Source of the DNA: Bugula neritina
Taxonomy: Eukaryota; Animalia; Bryozoa
Direction of reading: 5' to 3'
DNA: 64,000 nt
NCBI GenBank assembly: GCA_964035545.1
Contig: OZ037770.1
Location: forward strand, 3,318,662 to 3,382,661
Under the pieces are notes generated by a model, which searched no databases, had not been told where the DNA came from, and saw only the letters and a program-made list of their open reading frames with translations. The position numbers and the translations under genes were made by a program. Below are positions 1 to 20,620 of the stretch, piece after piece (the first letter of the stretch is position 1; each line of letters opens with the position of its first letter).

Positions 1-742
1 CTGAAATATGGCTCCGTTGGTGCTGAGGTTTCTTTGCCTTCTTGAGATTTTCAGTGAGATGACTGCTGTGACAGGTTGATGTAACTATAAATCATTATAT
101 CTGCTCTGCTCTGCCACGGCATGTAGACTACACTGTATCTACAAAATTCAAGAAAGAATGTTGAATAAATATTCTGAAAGCAATGGATTTGAGTACCGCT
201 GAAATCGAAATTTGCAAATGAGCTAGGCATCATGATACTACATAAAAATTGTTTTTAACAAGAAATGCAATAATATACTAAACGTATGATTTACAGCTCT
301 TTGACCAATACAAATATAATATGCTTAGTAATATGGTATTATAAAAGTAATTGTAGTATAGGGATAATTTTACGTACATGTTTTTGTTCACGTGTTGGGA
401 TTTGTAATTTTAACCTCTCCTTACATGAACATTAATTGGTAGACAAACGTGAATAAAACTGGAGTGTATATATTTATTCAATCATACTAACATATGAATG
501 ACATTTAATATTAATTATATACTTGATAAATTATACACCTAGCTGGTGTTTATTTTACTTATAAAGTCTAATATCTACAAGGTCAACGCGTGGACAACAA
601 CTAATATACATATTATATATTATATAATTTTTGTTATAAAGCATATACAGTCTAGACTTATGGTACAATTAATGCTGGTATAACTTATGAGTCCCGAAGA
701 TCCTTCTACGATCAAAGCCAAGAAGGTCTCATCAAAAATTCT

Positions 743-882
743 TTTCCTAGTGAATTGTTTGATCTGAAGCTGTGGGTCAACCAGCAACTTGCTTAGTTGG
801 TCAAAACCAACAACTCCTTTCCTAGTGCATTGTTTGATCTGAAGCGGTGGGCCAACCAGCAACTTACTTGGTTGATCAATCA
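743..882. repeat. Two-copy tandem repeat, ~75 bp period
   Basis: tttcctagtgaattgtttgatctgaagctgtgggtcaaccagcaacttg at ~743 recurs as tttcctagtgcattgtttgatctgaagcggtgggccaaccagcaactta at ~818. Confidence 0.85.
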
Positions 883-2782
883 TTGCTTATATATCCTGGA
901 AACTCAAAACCCTGACTATAAAAGGCAGCACAGATGTAGCAACAATAGCGTTGGTCAGAGTTGGTAGGAAGAGTTAAGAAAGGTTAGCGTTGGTTAGCGG
1001 CTGGAGGAGTTGGCGATGTCAATAATCGGAGCAATCACAGTGTGTTGAGTTTTTGTGTGACATAACTTGGACTACATTTAGTTAATTAAATATAATTAAT
1101 TTCAGACTGAAGAGTTTTACTGTAAGTAACTTGATCTAATTTTTGTGACGTGTTAATTTTTTGTTATTATTTGTTTTGCTATTGAATAAATTGTACTTAA
1201 AAAAGCTATCACTGAGTTGAGAAATTTGTTTTGAAGTCACATAAATCACACTTGAAGGAATATTATTGAAATTGAGAATTTATTTGAGTTAAATAAGTTG
1301 TGTTTGAGGAAACTATCTTAAAATCATTTGATCTTTAAAGTTACACCAAATTTATGTTCAACAATTGCTTATCAACTTTGGTGCCAGTATATTATACACA
1401 GCAAGATTTTGAAGAATCACTAGATATATATATTTTTTTTGGGTTTGGTTATTATAATTTTATTGGTCTTATAATTTTTGTTTTTATATTATCAAATAGA
1501 TATTCTAAAATTTATATATATAAAATTCATAGATTCGCTCATTTCCAGAGAGGCAGGTCCTAAATTTGTCTCACGAAATTTATAACATGAGTGCTACCAT
1601 TACACAATACACATAGAACTACACATATTGTTTATACGTGAATAATAATATTGCCAAACCAAACCATAAATAAACATTTGTCGAGCGGAGATAACTCTTA
1701 ATTTTATTCTACATACAGTTGCTGGATTGCACACAATAATTTTAAAAGCAAAATTATCAAGTAACATCTATATAATATTAATAATTATCTTCCTTTGATA
1801 AATTCCAGCTAATCAATTATTAAGTGAAAATTTATTTTATTTTAGGAAATAAATCTAGAAAAATACACTTTAGTAAATAATTTAATATATATAAATTTGT
1901 AATTTTATTAAAATTCAATTTGTTTTCGTTCAACAGTAGGAAAGACTTTTGTGAAAAATTCGAATAAACCGAAGTATATTAATTTCGCTTGTTTAAAAGT
2001 TGTTGGTAATTATTATAGTATTTCCTTTTGTTACTGTTTAATATATACAGCAGAATAGTTATAGCAAAAAGATCATCCTGAAAATTTAAAGCTAATGATT
2101 TTTATAATACTGTAAAATTATCAAAAATGTCTTACAAAGACATTAAATTATGCTTATACATATATAATATTATGCAATAATTGTTAATTAAGTCATTTGC
2201 TTATCTGTAGATCAGATATTGATAAATAGCATGACATTTACTGAATGAAAGATATAGCAAAATTATGTAAAAAATTTCTCCCAGCAATCATTATATATTA
2301 TGCAATTTTGTTTGCAAGAATGAACATAGCATTATTTTTAATTATTTATTTAAAGTTTGTTAATATCCATTAGATCTAATAGGTTGGAAACATGATAAAA
2401 AAATCAAAAAGCATTACCTAAGTTTTTTCCAGCTTAAGCAGTAGCACATTTTATGCATTTGGTATTTTGATGTTTTTGATGATATCAGTAATAATAATAA
2501 AATAAATAATTACATAATAAAATATAATCAACATTGATTACCAAAAAAATATATATTGACACCATATTGTATTATATATAACAATAGCTCATACTCCAAC
2601 TCATATTATTGAGTAGCATATTGCATTACAATTGCAACTTCTGTTTACTGATAAATTAAAATTGCTGAAAATACATTTTTGTGTAGCCTACTATAAACTT
2701 AATTAATATAAGATGAAAAAGTTTATATAATGGGAAAAGTCTCATACAGCAAAATCAAAAGCATGCACTGCTACATGATTGA

Positions 2783-2982
2783 GCAGCAGGGAGCAGCCTT
2801 GGTCTAGGGATTAGAGCATTTGCCTAGCAAACACGAGGTCATGGGTTCAAGCCCAGACAAAGGCTATTGGTGATGTTAGCATTCAGTCATAATTGCTCCT
2901 GTGCTTTAGTTAAATAAGTCTTTAGCCCTCTTTAACAAAAGCCCTTTCCATCAGTGGGTTCTCACAGGGATGAGTGAGTATA
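2783..2982 (+). mobile_element. tRNA-derived SINE (family 1), full length with TSD
   Basis: A/B-box-like head (tggtctagggattag ... gggttcaagccc) and the shared family body. Flanked by the 12-bp direct repeat ctacatgattga (2771-2782 and 2983-2994). Confidence 0.85.
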
Positions 2983-4126
2983 CTACATGATTGATTGGTA
3001 ATGCAAAATTACACTACATTATAAAATGCCAATAAAAACTACGAAATGCTGTATTTAACTAACTTTGCTATGCACAGCAGCTGAAAACCAGTGTAACTAA
3101 TATGTATGAATCATAAGCTACATTAAACATTGTAAAACAGCTAATTTTAATACTTTGGTTTATCTGCTCTAGATTATGTTTCATTTACACTACCACATGT
3201 AAAGTTGTCTGTCCCAAACAGAAATTAATTAATATAAATCACTCGATTAAAAGTTATCTTCTCTTGTGTCTGCCGTTTGTGGAGACAACTCTGAAGTTAC
3301 TAAGTTGCATTGAGCTAAAACTGCTGTTGATGCGTAACAGCCAAGGTAAGGTATTTTGTATTACTTATATAACATCGCTGTGCTAAATTATTTTTATACA
3401 AACTGTTAGACAACTGCAAATAAGAATGACACAAAACTTTCATATAGAACCATATTCTATGCATTCATCGTCTGTGATTAGTCATCTTTATAGCTGAAAA
3501 TGTAAAAGAAGAGCAAAATAAATTATTTGTACGTGCTTAACAAAAACAAATCAATAATCTAGGTCAATAATATTTCTCAATCTTTGATTGTTTTTCTATC
3601 AAAAATTAAATGTAATTTAGAAATCAGATTATAACACTATATAATATAAAAATAGCTGACATTTCTTGGGATAACTCCTATCACAGAGTATGCTCTGTCA
3701 TGCATATGATTGTCATTTATAAGTCACTAAAGCACTATTGAGTATATAAATAGCTTCTATTATCAATAATGCACCTATCATTGGTGTACATATTTTGAAC
3801 AACAAAACCATAATTGTTCTCTTCGTTTCATCATCCTGCTAATGCGTGTATTTTTTCTGCATGATAGCAATTTACAATAGAGTTTTGTATATTTATTAAA
3901 TGCCTAAGCATTCCATCTTGACATAATATGTTGTTGGGTGCAGCTTTATTTAAGAAAGAAGTATTTTACAAAACATATTTACAAAGAAACTGCAGTATAT
4001 GCATGTTGTGTATTGTGACCCAGTGGATTAAACATGGATTTCACATGATATGTGAGCAACATCACAGGACTGACTTTCAAACTATTCATATAAACATGGC
4101 CGCTGAATGCTGGAAACCTCCAATAT

Positions 4127-4680
4127 GAATAACTGTGAACAAATGCAAGCAATCTCATGATATTAGTTATCATGTAAACAAACTATATTACTAAATATAA
4201 ATGAGAGGTCATTAGACAAACATAATACTTAGTTTGAACAAAACTTGCTTTAGTAGCTTTTTGCACTTTCAAAGTTCTAACTGTGCCATATAATGTTTTT
4301 GATGGAATGTTCAAAGTTTTTTGTATAGCGAGACTTTTCAATTCTATTTAGGAATATGGAATTAGATTTTGAATATTATAAGATAACATCTACTCCACAG
4401 GCCATCCTTTTAGTTTTTACAATACAAATAATTTGATAAAAAGATGAGTAATGAATAATTGTGAACAATTGCAAGCAATCTCATAATATTGGTTATCATG
4501 TAAACAAAATATATTACTCTGCTGTAAATTAGAGGTCATTGAACAAATACCTTTGGCTTTATTTAAACTTTAGAAGCTTCTCACACTTTCACAGTATAAA
4601 TGTACCAGCATGATGTTATGTTTTTGGATAGAGTTTCAAAATTTTAAATTACATTATGGGTATCATATATAAGATCGATA
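4127..4680. repeat. Local tandem duplication, ~325 bp period
   Basis: gaataactgtgaacaaatgcaagcaatctcatgatattagttatcatgtaaacaa (~4127) recurs at ~4453, with similarity continuing downstream. Confidence 0.75.
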
Positions 4681-5228
4681 CCCCACCCCCACCCCCACCC
4701 ACTCCCCCACCCACTCACCTCCTTAATAATGTATATATATTATTGTGTTATTAAACAATCGCTTAGATTAATTTATACTATATAAAATTAGTTGCTATAA
4801 ACGAAGCCGTTATAGTAAAGTGCATGAGTGCTACTGTTTAATAACATAAGCAATGCTATAATTAATAATAACATATTTTGCAAAATTGGTAGGAGAACTT
4901 ATAACAGTTATATATACAGTTATTGTTAACAACACAGCTTCTTTGTGGAAGGTTTTTAAAACTTATTTGTATATAGTCATTTTGTGAACATTACTTTATG
5001 TATATAGCACAATCTCACCAAAATAGTTTTTGCTATTTTCGAATCAATAATTTTTAAATATACAACTCTGCTTAATTTATAAAAGAAAAAGTTACTATCT
5101 CATTACGCCCGAGTTGAATTTCTTTTATAAAGAGTAGCCTTAAGGTTTGCTGTATAGAAGCATTGCATGTTACACTTAATTACTTACAATAAGAACATAT
5201 CAATAAAATGATAATATATATTGTTTTA

Positions 5229-5452
5229 GCATGGATGCCTGATGTTTTGTGATTTACTTAATGAAGGGTGAATGGATAGAGGACACAGAAGCAGGACACG
5301 GCTCAATCTTTTGTCTAATGCCAACAGTATATTTTTCTCACAAAACTCAAACTGTTGACATTAGGCAAAAGATTGAGTTGCGGCCTGCTTCTGTGTCCTT
5401 CATCCATTCACCCTTCACTATGTGAATAATTACAATACATAGGTATCCGTGC
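5229..5452. mobile_element. MITE-like long inverted repeat
   Basis: Arms of ~100 bp: gcatggatgcct...tgaagggtgaatggatagaggacacagaagcagg...ctcaatcttttgtctaatgccaacagt versus actgttgacattaggcaaaagattgag...cctgcttctgtgtccttcatccattcacccttca...aggtatccgtgc. Absent from the paralogous segment near 21100-21230. Confidence 0.7.
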
Positions 5453-5992
5453 CATACAGCACCTATGCTGAAAGAGTAACAACTATTTTAACAACAAAGT
5501 CTAAGTTGCATGCATCTTTAAAATTGAGCTTTACTGACTTATCAAACAAAAGCTATACCAGTAAAAAACTATTGCAAAAGCTTTCACGAAAACCTTTTAT
5601 CAAACAAAATTTTATCTAAAGCTAGAACTAAAAGCTCCTGTAACATATTTTTTTACTAAAATTATATGCTATGTCGACATATTCTCAAAAACTTTTAATA
5701 ACAATAGGATGTTGTTGAAGAGATAAAACTTTGAATAATATAACTCAAAGTTCTTCACACTGCGTAACAAGGAAATGCCAATAAATTTCATCTATTATAT
5801 ATGTCTTTTGAATTTGTTACCAATATGTTTTTGTTTATTCTTCACTCAAGGAAAACTCCAGTATTAAAATCCTAACAATTTATAGTTGTTGACTAACAAA
5901 TCCATGCACACATTGGAATTAGGCGCAAATATATAAATAGCCAATAACTTTCACGAAAGGTCCATACTAAGAAAACTAGCTCAACAAGAACT

Positions 5993-6822
5993 ATGGGTAA
6001 TGTAACTTCTACTTGCGTTGCTAATGCAAGCAATAAGGACATGTATGTAAAAGTAGATGTGGAAAAAATGTACCTAAATAGTATAAACGCGAGAACCTCA
6101 CTTCAAACTCCAGCAGGTCAGTCACTATAACATTTTTCTAAATATTTATTCAGTATATTACAGGTATTCTAGCCAAGTATATATAATAGCATTTTTATGC
6201 AAAATAGATGTTTGGAGTTAAATACTGTTATACATGTACATCCTATATACTATAGTCTAAAAATAATGTGTTTCATGTTTTAAGAAGTTGAAAATGTATT
6301 GTTTATAAATTGTAGAATTATTTAAATTTTGAATTATTTTTATCTTTCTTATAAATCTTGGTATATAAAAGTACTACATGAACAAACCCAAGTAGTAAAT
6401 CTTTAGCTTATTAAGGAAAAGCACTATAACATAATCATGACGAGTTTTCTCACCTGTACTGGATAGATTAACAGTAAAGCTAAGTTATTCAATATACTTC
6501 TTATGTGTCATTTATATTTGATCAGGAGGAGATGTTTCAGCCAACGCAGATATAGGATTTGACTGGAATAAAATTGTTCCTGGGTTTTGCAAGCTCAAGC
6601 CCAATAGTCACTTGAAGTTCGATGTTGGCTCTACTTTGAGAAAAATTGTTTACATTTCTGTAAAGCATCCTAACGGAAGAACTATAACAGATAATTTTTC
6701 TAAGAAGAAACGCCGAAATGTCATTATACTGTGGGCAGTTGGTGGATGCTAAGAAGCGTTCAGTGTGGATCGACTTTGAGGGAAATAATCACAAGTATTT
6801 ACAAGAATCCAGTAGCTTTTGA
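5993..6822 (+). pseudogene. Small myristoylation-motif protein family, copy 1 (frameshifted by a 5-bp deletion)
   Basis: Exon 1 5993-6116 (MGNVTSTCVANASNKDMYVKVDVEKMYLNSINARTSLQTPA, phase-1 donor gtcagt). Exon 2 starts 6526 after atcag. Closely similar to copy 2 but lacks acctg at ~6730, giving TAA at 6750-6752. The homologous stop is at 6820-6822. TATA-like atataaatag at 5931-5940. Confidence 0.8.
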
Positions 6823-8109
6823 TTTAAAGAGAGAATAATTAAGTGTTGACTGAGTTGAACACAGAAGAGAATTATATGTCATTATTTTTATTTGTCTATA
6901 CCAGTCTATATAACCCATCAGGGCAATATATAGCAACAACGCATTATACATATATTTTGATACATATTATGTAATTCATTCATTAAGTTGCTAATGCTGT
7001 TCTTATTATAGTTGTTATAAAGCAAAGATAATGCGTCCAATTTCCATAATATATTTGCATTACATTTCCTAAAATAATTTACTTTTCATGAGTTCTTTTT
7101 AATACATCACATTTTGTCATATATATCAGCGTATTTAAACCATATTTGTTTGTTTTGCCTTCAAAATATATATATTTTGAAATTTTGAATATTTTGAATT
7201 TCTATAAAAATTCTATAATTTATAAACTGTTACTGTTTTACTTTACCTATATACAATCATAAATGAATACATATATAATACTAAAATACTTTTTACATTA
7301 TAGCAATTATCCAGCTTTATTAGCACATTTTTATCTAAATTGTTGGACTATAAAAAGTTGTCTGCCTTTTTTAATAATAGATAGCAATGATACATACCAT
7401 ATGGGAGTTATCATCTCAGAGAAGAGGAGAGCATATAGAGTTGCCTTGCATGCTAACAGGCATAATACTAAATTATAGCAATGGTATATAACATATAAAA
7501 GTTTTCATCTCATAAAAAAGTAGAATAGTAAATGGAGATAAATAAATTATGCTCTATTGAAAAGCGACATGGAATATGCTAGAAGAAACTGAAAATTAAT
7601 TCACGTGAAAGCTTGACCGGACTAATAAAAGCGAGGCTACATCAATATATTTTTAACAAATATTTTTTTCATAAAAATACTGGTAAGTTGCTGTTTTCAA
7701 AGCTATTATTATTTTCATTACTAAAAATAAAATCATTTTCAAATAAATTTTTATAAAAATCACAAACCCAAGCTTGTTTAGATCGAAAATAATATAAAGT
7801 TATAAACTATTATTTCATGAGAAGCTTAAATTATCTCCACATGTCAACATATGCCAAACTTCCTTTTAAGGCTAGGCAATGGGTTTTAATTAAAATAATC
7901 ACACAAAGTGTGATACAAAATGTTATATTCCAATTAGTAAAGAATATTTCAGTAAAAAGTTTGAATAAACTGAAGATTCTATAAATTTTGCTTGTTTAAA
8001 AATTGTTTGTAATTATTATATTTCCTTTTGTTACAAAAAAGTTAAAATTATTTGTCGCAGTTTCATATAATATTAAAGCAAAAACGTTATAGCAAGCTAG
8101 TCTTTTCAG

Positions 8110-8575
8110 CGTGTTTACCCTGCTCAGTCAATGCATACTGCACTGACTTGGTCATGTAGACAAAGGATGCATTCCCAAGGACATTCTCTATAGCGAACTA
8201 ACCAACGGTTGATATATAGCCGAAGTCGTGCATGGGCGACCTCGGCTGTGCTACAAAGATACCTGTAAAAGGAATATGAAGGCTGTCGACAAAGGCGCAG
8301 CATCCTAGGAAGATCTTGCATTTGATCGCACAGGTTGGAGGAGCAAACTAAAACACCATTTCACATCAGGGGAAGAAAAACTTCTCAGTGCAGATGAGGA
8401 AAAGAGGGCACGCAGAAAGACTTAGGCCACCACCAACAAACCAGGGTCTGCTTACAAGTGTAACTTTTGTAACAGACTGCCACTCGGACATTAGTCCAAG
8501 CAGCCACAGGCGACGCTGCTCAACCAAATCATAAAACGCATTTCATGGTCAAATCGATCGACGGAGGCCAAATGA
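8110..8575 (+). mobile_element. RTE/RTE-X LINE 3' fragment (degenerate ORF2 C-terminus)
   Basis: Translates through stops and frameshifts to LGHV..KGCIPKDILYSELTNG...GRPRLCYKDTCKRNMKA...DRTGWRS...EKRARRK...YKCNFCNR..SHRRRCS. This is the typical RTE-group post-RT region ending in a CCHC-like motif. Confidence 0.85.
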
Positions 8576-9133
8576 ACCATATAGAAATATGTTCTTCTAT
8601 AATATAATATAATGTACAATATATATATAATATATAATATTGACTGCTTTCTATTGATAAATTGAAAATATACTAACAGATACATTTTTGTGTATTATAA
8701 AACTATTCATTTCAAAATAAAGATGTTTATAATACAGGAGTAATTCTATACTGCATAATTTATAATATTATAAACACTATACTGCATAACAAACATAGAA
8801 ATTGGTAATGCAAAATTGTATTGCAACATTATGAAATACGGTCAATATGATAACAATGAAATTAAATTTGTTTATTTGAAAAAATATTAAAATAAATAAA
8901 ATTAATTATTTTAAATTTTAATTTTTGTTGTTTTCGATATAAAGTTCTATTACACTACAAACATCAATTTTATAAAAGCTATGTTAATTGATTTAAAATG
9001 AGAATTAAATGATTAAATGATTTTGATCAAATTGTTTATATCTTATATTAAGTTGAATACATGAAAGTATGGTTAAAGAAGGCTTAATATGTAAGTAATA
9101 TATTTCTTTGTATATACTTTATATTCTTCCTTT

Positions 9134-16786
<7,653 letters not shown>

Positions 16787-17099
16787 TTATAGCAAATATT
16801 CCCACTGAAACCATACCAAATGGGCCTTTACTGCTGGACTGAATATATATGTGAGTGTCTTGTTCTATATACTTCATGTTATTCATTCAGCATGTGATTT
16901 ATAGAAATAATTTATGTGTTCACAGATCATTGAATCGTGAAGTTGAAGCAACTTCTATACCATTAGCATGTTTGTACTTGTCAGAATGAATGTGCATACA
17001 AGACGTTGCAGTCATTGCATATAATACCTTCATAGAATATATATGATTACTAATAAGTTAAGCATGATTGATTATAAACCCACACTCAAGTCATTAATT

Positions 17100-18330
17100 T
17101 ATATCTTAAGTCTTATTAGTTCGTTAGAAAATGTTTTTTAATGTTTTTGTGCATCATCTATTGTAAAATAACTGCCCGCAGTAAGATTGAAGTCACAGAC
17201 TTTCAGTTTGCAAACTAGCGATCGCTAACCAATTCAACCATGACCGGGGCAGCTGGAGTAAACTATAAAAACTACAACTACGAACCTCATAAGTGAATCA
17301 ATAAAAAAGGATGAAAACCTTCCATATAATATACTTTGTTTGCTAATGCATGCAGCGCTTAAATAAAGTTTTCGGTGTTTAAATTTCTTTTTTTTGTAAA
17401 TCATTTTTACAAGACAAAGTTTTCTGGGGCGTATTCCAAGCTCTTACCACAGTTGTCTACTTAGCACCTTTTAAAACTGCTCTCAATTGGGCAGAGTAAG
17501 TTTTCTATCTCAAAATACTCTATTTCATGTCATTCAGTTGCTATATGTCTCTTAAGTTTGCAGTACAGAACTTCAGTGACTTCATATCACTTGTGTCATG
17601 TGCAGTATATACTATATGCCCATGCAAGTTGCTGTTCTAAACAGATTTATTTAGAAATAGGATTTGGCTTCATTGTTAAATTTTAAACAATTTGCAATAT
17701 AATATAATCAGAAAACTTGGCCATTAGCTACAATACTGCTGATTTAGTTATTTCTATTATGTATTGTGATGGTTTCCTTGTTTTTCTAGATTCTAAAGCA
17801 ACAGGGTATGAGAGAGATAGCATACACACATATGGTATGCTAGCTGGAATGATAAACTGTGCACAAGGTCTGAGATCCATTGTGGGACCGGTTGCAGGAG
17901 GTGCAGTTGTTGAAGCTATTGGTTTTCCATGGACAATTTGTCTGTGATAGGCTTTCTATATTTTGGAATGGTAAATTATATCAATATTAAACAAATACTG
18001 GCTAAACATTTGCCACAATTATTTATATTCTTCCAATATTCAAGATTTAGTTAATGGCAGAATTTGCTAGTGCTTTTGAAAAGAAGTTCTAAGTATGTTT
18101 AAGGATGTGCTGGAATCGTCCCTTTGGGAGTAAGACATTACTTGACAATATGCTACATGATTGGAATGAATATATTCTTCGGATCTTTCCTGCCTACACA
18201 CTGTAAAAATATTTTCCTCCTACTAGGATTCAGACCTAAGATCTCCGGTTTAAAAGAGGCGCATTAACCATCTTGCACCATCAGGACTTGTGGATTCCGA
18301 CCAACACCCAAAACTGCCTTGACTCAGTGT
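17100..18330 (+). pseudogene. Inverted degenerate duplicate of transporter A exons 9-10 with flanking introns
   Basis: Reverse complement of ~9850-11045. Exon-9-like ctcttaccacagttgtctacttagcaccttttaaa...gcagagtaag, with the acceptor AG lost. Exon-10-like ATGYERDSIHTYGMLAGMINCAQGLRSIVGPVAGG with a frameshift and stop at ~17940-17947. Both intronic tRNA-like elements are also copied. Confidence 0.88.
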
Positions 18331-18377
18331 ATTCTGTCAGTTCATAGGCTCTACTCACCCTTCAGCACTTTATAAAC

Positions 18378-18444
<67 letters not shown>

Positions 18445-18495
18445 TTTTTGTATATATATAATATATAGGCTGTACATATATATATATATATATCA
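18378..18495. repeat. (TA)n/poly-T tract at the junction of the inverted and direct duplications
   Basis: Read directly from the sequence. Confidence 0.9.
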
Positions 18496-19025
18496 GCAAT
18501 TCTTATATGTTATCATTTTTAACTTGTTTCCTGGTTATAGAAAGTCTTACAATGACATTAAATACTTACATATACATAATATGCTATAATTGTTAATTAA
18601 ATCATATATGCTTATATCTTATTAAATCAGATTTTAATAGACAACAAGACTTTACTGAATGATAAATGGCCAACCTTGTTTCCTCCAAGCAAGCATAATT
18701 ATATTATACAACTTTGTTTGCAAGCATGAATTTTAAATCGTATATATTATATAGCATTATCTTTTATTGTTTATTTAATTTTTTTTATTCACTATATATC
18801 TATTATTTGGAAATGGGGTGAAAAAAATAAAAAAACATTAGCTTTGCATAACATATATTGCAAATGCAATTTTTTTACTGCTATAATAGATTAAAATTGC
18901 CAAAAATACATTTTTGAGTATTATATAAAATTATTTGATATAAGATAAAAAGTTTATATAATGGGAAAAGTTCCTTATACAGTAAAATTAACAGCATGCA
19001 CTACTGCATGATTGATTGCATGGTA

Positions 19026-19228
19026 GGGAGTGACCGTGGTCTAGGGATTAGAGTGTTTGCCTTATATTAAACACGAGGTCGTAGGCTTGAGCCCAGACAA
19101 AGGCTGTTGGTGATGTTAGGAAGAACATTCAGTCATTTAAATAAGTACTTGGCCCGCTTTAACAAAAACCCTTTCCATCATGGATTTTTTACAGGGATGG
19201 CGATTATAAACCTGCATGAGTGAGTTTA
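19026..19228 (+). mobile_element. SINE family 1 (duplicate of the 2783 insertion)
   Basis: Same body and same flanks as the copy at 2783-2982. Confidence 0.85.
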
Positions 19229-20049
19229 CGATAACGTGATTGATTGGTGATGCAAAATTACACTGCGTTACAGAATGCTAAAAAAATCTACAAAATGCTG
19301 TATCTAACTAACTTTGCTGTACAGTGTACATGCAGCAGCTGAAAACTAGTGTAACTAATATGTGTGAATCATAAGCTATATTAAACATTGTATAACAGCT
19401 AATTTTATAGTTTGGTTTATCTGCTCTAAATTATGTTTCAATTTCACACGATCAGTACATAAAGTTGTCTGTCTCAAGCAAAACTTAATAATTTAAATCA
19501 CTCGAATAAAAGTTATCTTCTCTTGTGTCTACTAATTGTGGAGACAACTCTAAAGTTTCTTCAAGTTGCATCGAGCTACTGTTATTAATAATGCGAAACA
19601 GCCAAGGTAAGATAATTTGTATTACTGTTGCTGTGCTAAAATCTAAATTCCTATTATATAAACTGTTAGACAAATACAAATAAAAATTGCCACAAAACTG
19701 TCGTATATATTCATATTCTATGCGTTCATGATCTTTGAATAGTCATCTTTATAGCTGAAAATGTAAAAGAGAAGCAAAATAAATTATTTGTACGTGCTTA
19801 ACAAAAACAAATCAATAATTTAAGTCAATAATATATCTCAATCTTTGAGTGTTTTTCTATCAAAATTTAAATGCATTTTAGATTATACCACTTGGCCTAT
19901 ATATAGAAATAGTTGACATTACTTGGGATTATAACTCTCATTACAAGGTATGTTCTGTCATGCATATGATTGTCATTTATAAGTCACTAAAGCACTATTG
20001 AGTATATAAATAGCTTCTATTAGCAATAATGCACCATTCATATTATATA

Positions 20050-20620
20050 AGATTTTTGTTTAGGTTTTTGAAAGTTTTAGCAACTCAAAAAGTATCATTT
20101 TTTCATCTAAAAATTTGCCATTAGATGGTCTCTCAGGGCAAGTTTGAAACCAGCCTCCCTCCCCACAGCACGAATAGAACTAGGCAATTTATTCCATAGC
20201 GTAGAACATTGGAATTCCACTCTTCGTTGACCTGCAGCAGTTGATGATGGAGGAGTTTGTAGGCTGAACTCTGAAAATCTTGTGGGATAGTTATGTGTGA
20301 GATGTGTTAGTTGAGAATAGTAAAGTTTATGTGAGAACAGTATTGGTTTGAATTTGTGTAGAGTGTGAATAGGCATGATTGAAGAACTAAGAAACAGTGG
20401 TTTAGATGGGGAAAGGTGATGCTTTTTATATATAATTTTCAGTATTTTCTTTTGTAGTAAATTTAGTGGTTCAAGATAAATGTTTGCTGCATTACCCCAC
20501 GATTCTAGGCAATATGTTGATTTAGAATTTACAAAAGAGTTATATATTTGTATTAGAATTTTTCTAGGTAGGTGATGGGAACATTTACTTATCAAGCCTA
20601 CTATAAGGGCCTTAGGTTTT
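20050..20620 (-). mobile_element. L2/CR1-group (Crack/Daphne-like) LINE 3' fragment
   Basis: ORF 20107-20772 contains GLISKCSHHLPRKILIQIYNSFVNSKSTYCLESWGNA...LQKKILKII...SKPLF...HNYPTR...LWNKLPSSIR...FKLALR, the canonical post-RT C-terminus. It is 5' truncated and absent from the paralogous segment near 3780. Confidence 0.9.

Noticed and set aside
8-225. Signal-peptide-like ORF MAPLVLRFLCLLEIF... with in-frame TGA-TGT (possible selenoprotein)
   Set aside because: A second in-frame TGA follows, no SECIS is recognisable, no homology is recognised, and upstream context is cut by the window edge.
17717-17947. A third functional transporter gene on the plus strand
   Set aside because: Only exons 9-10 are present, with a lost acceptor, a G-to-R change in LGS, and a frameshift with stop.
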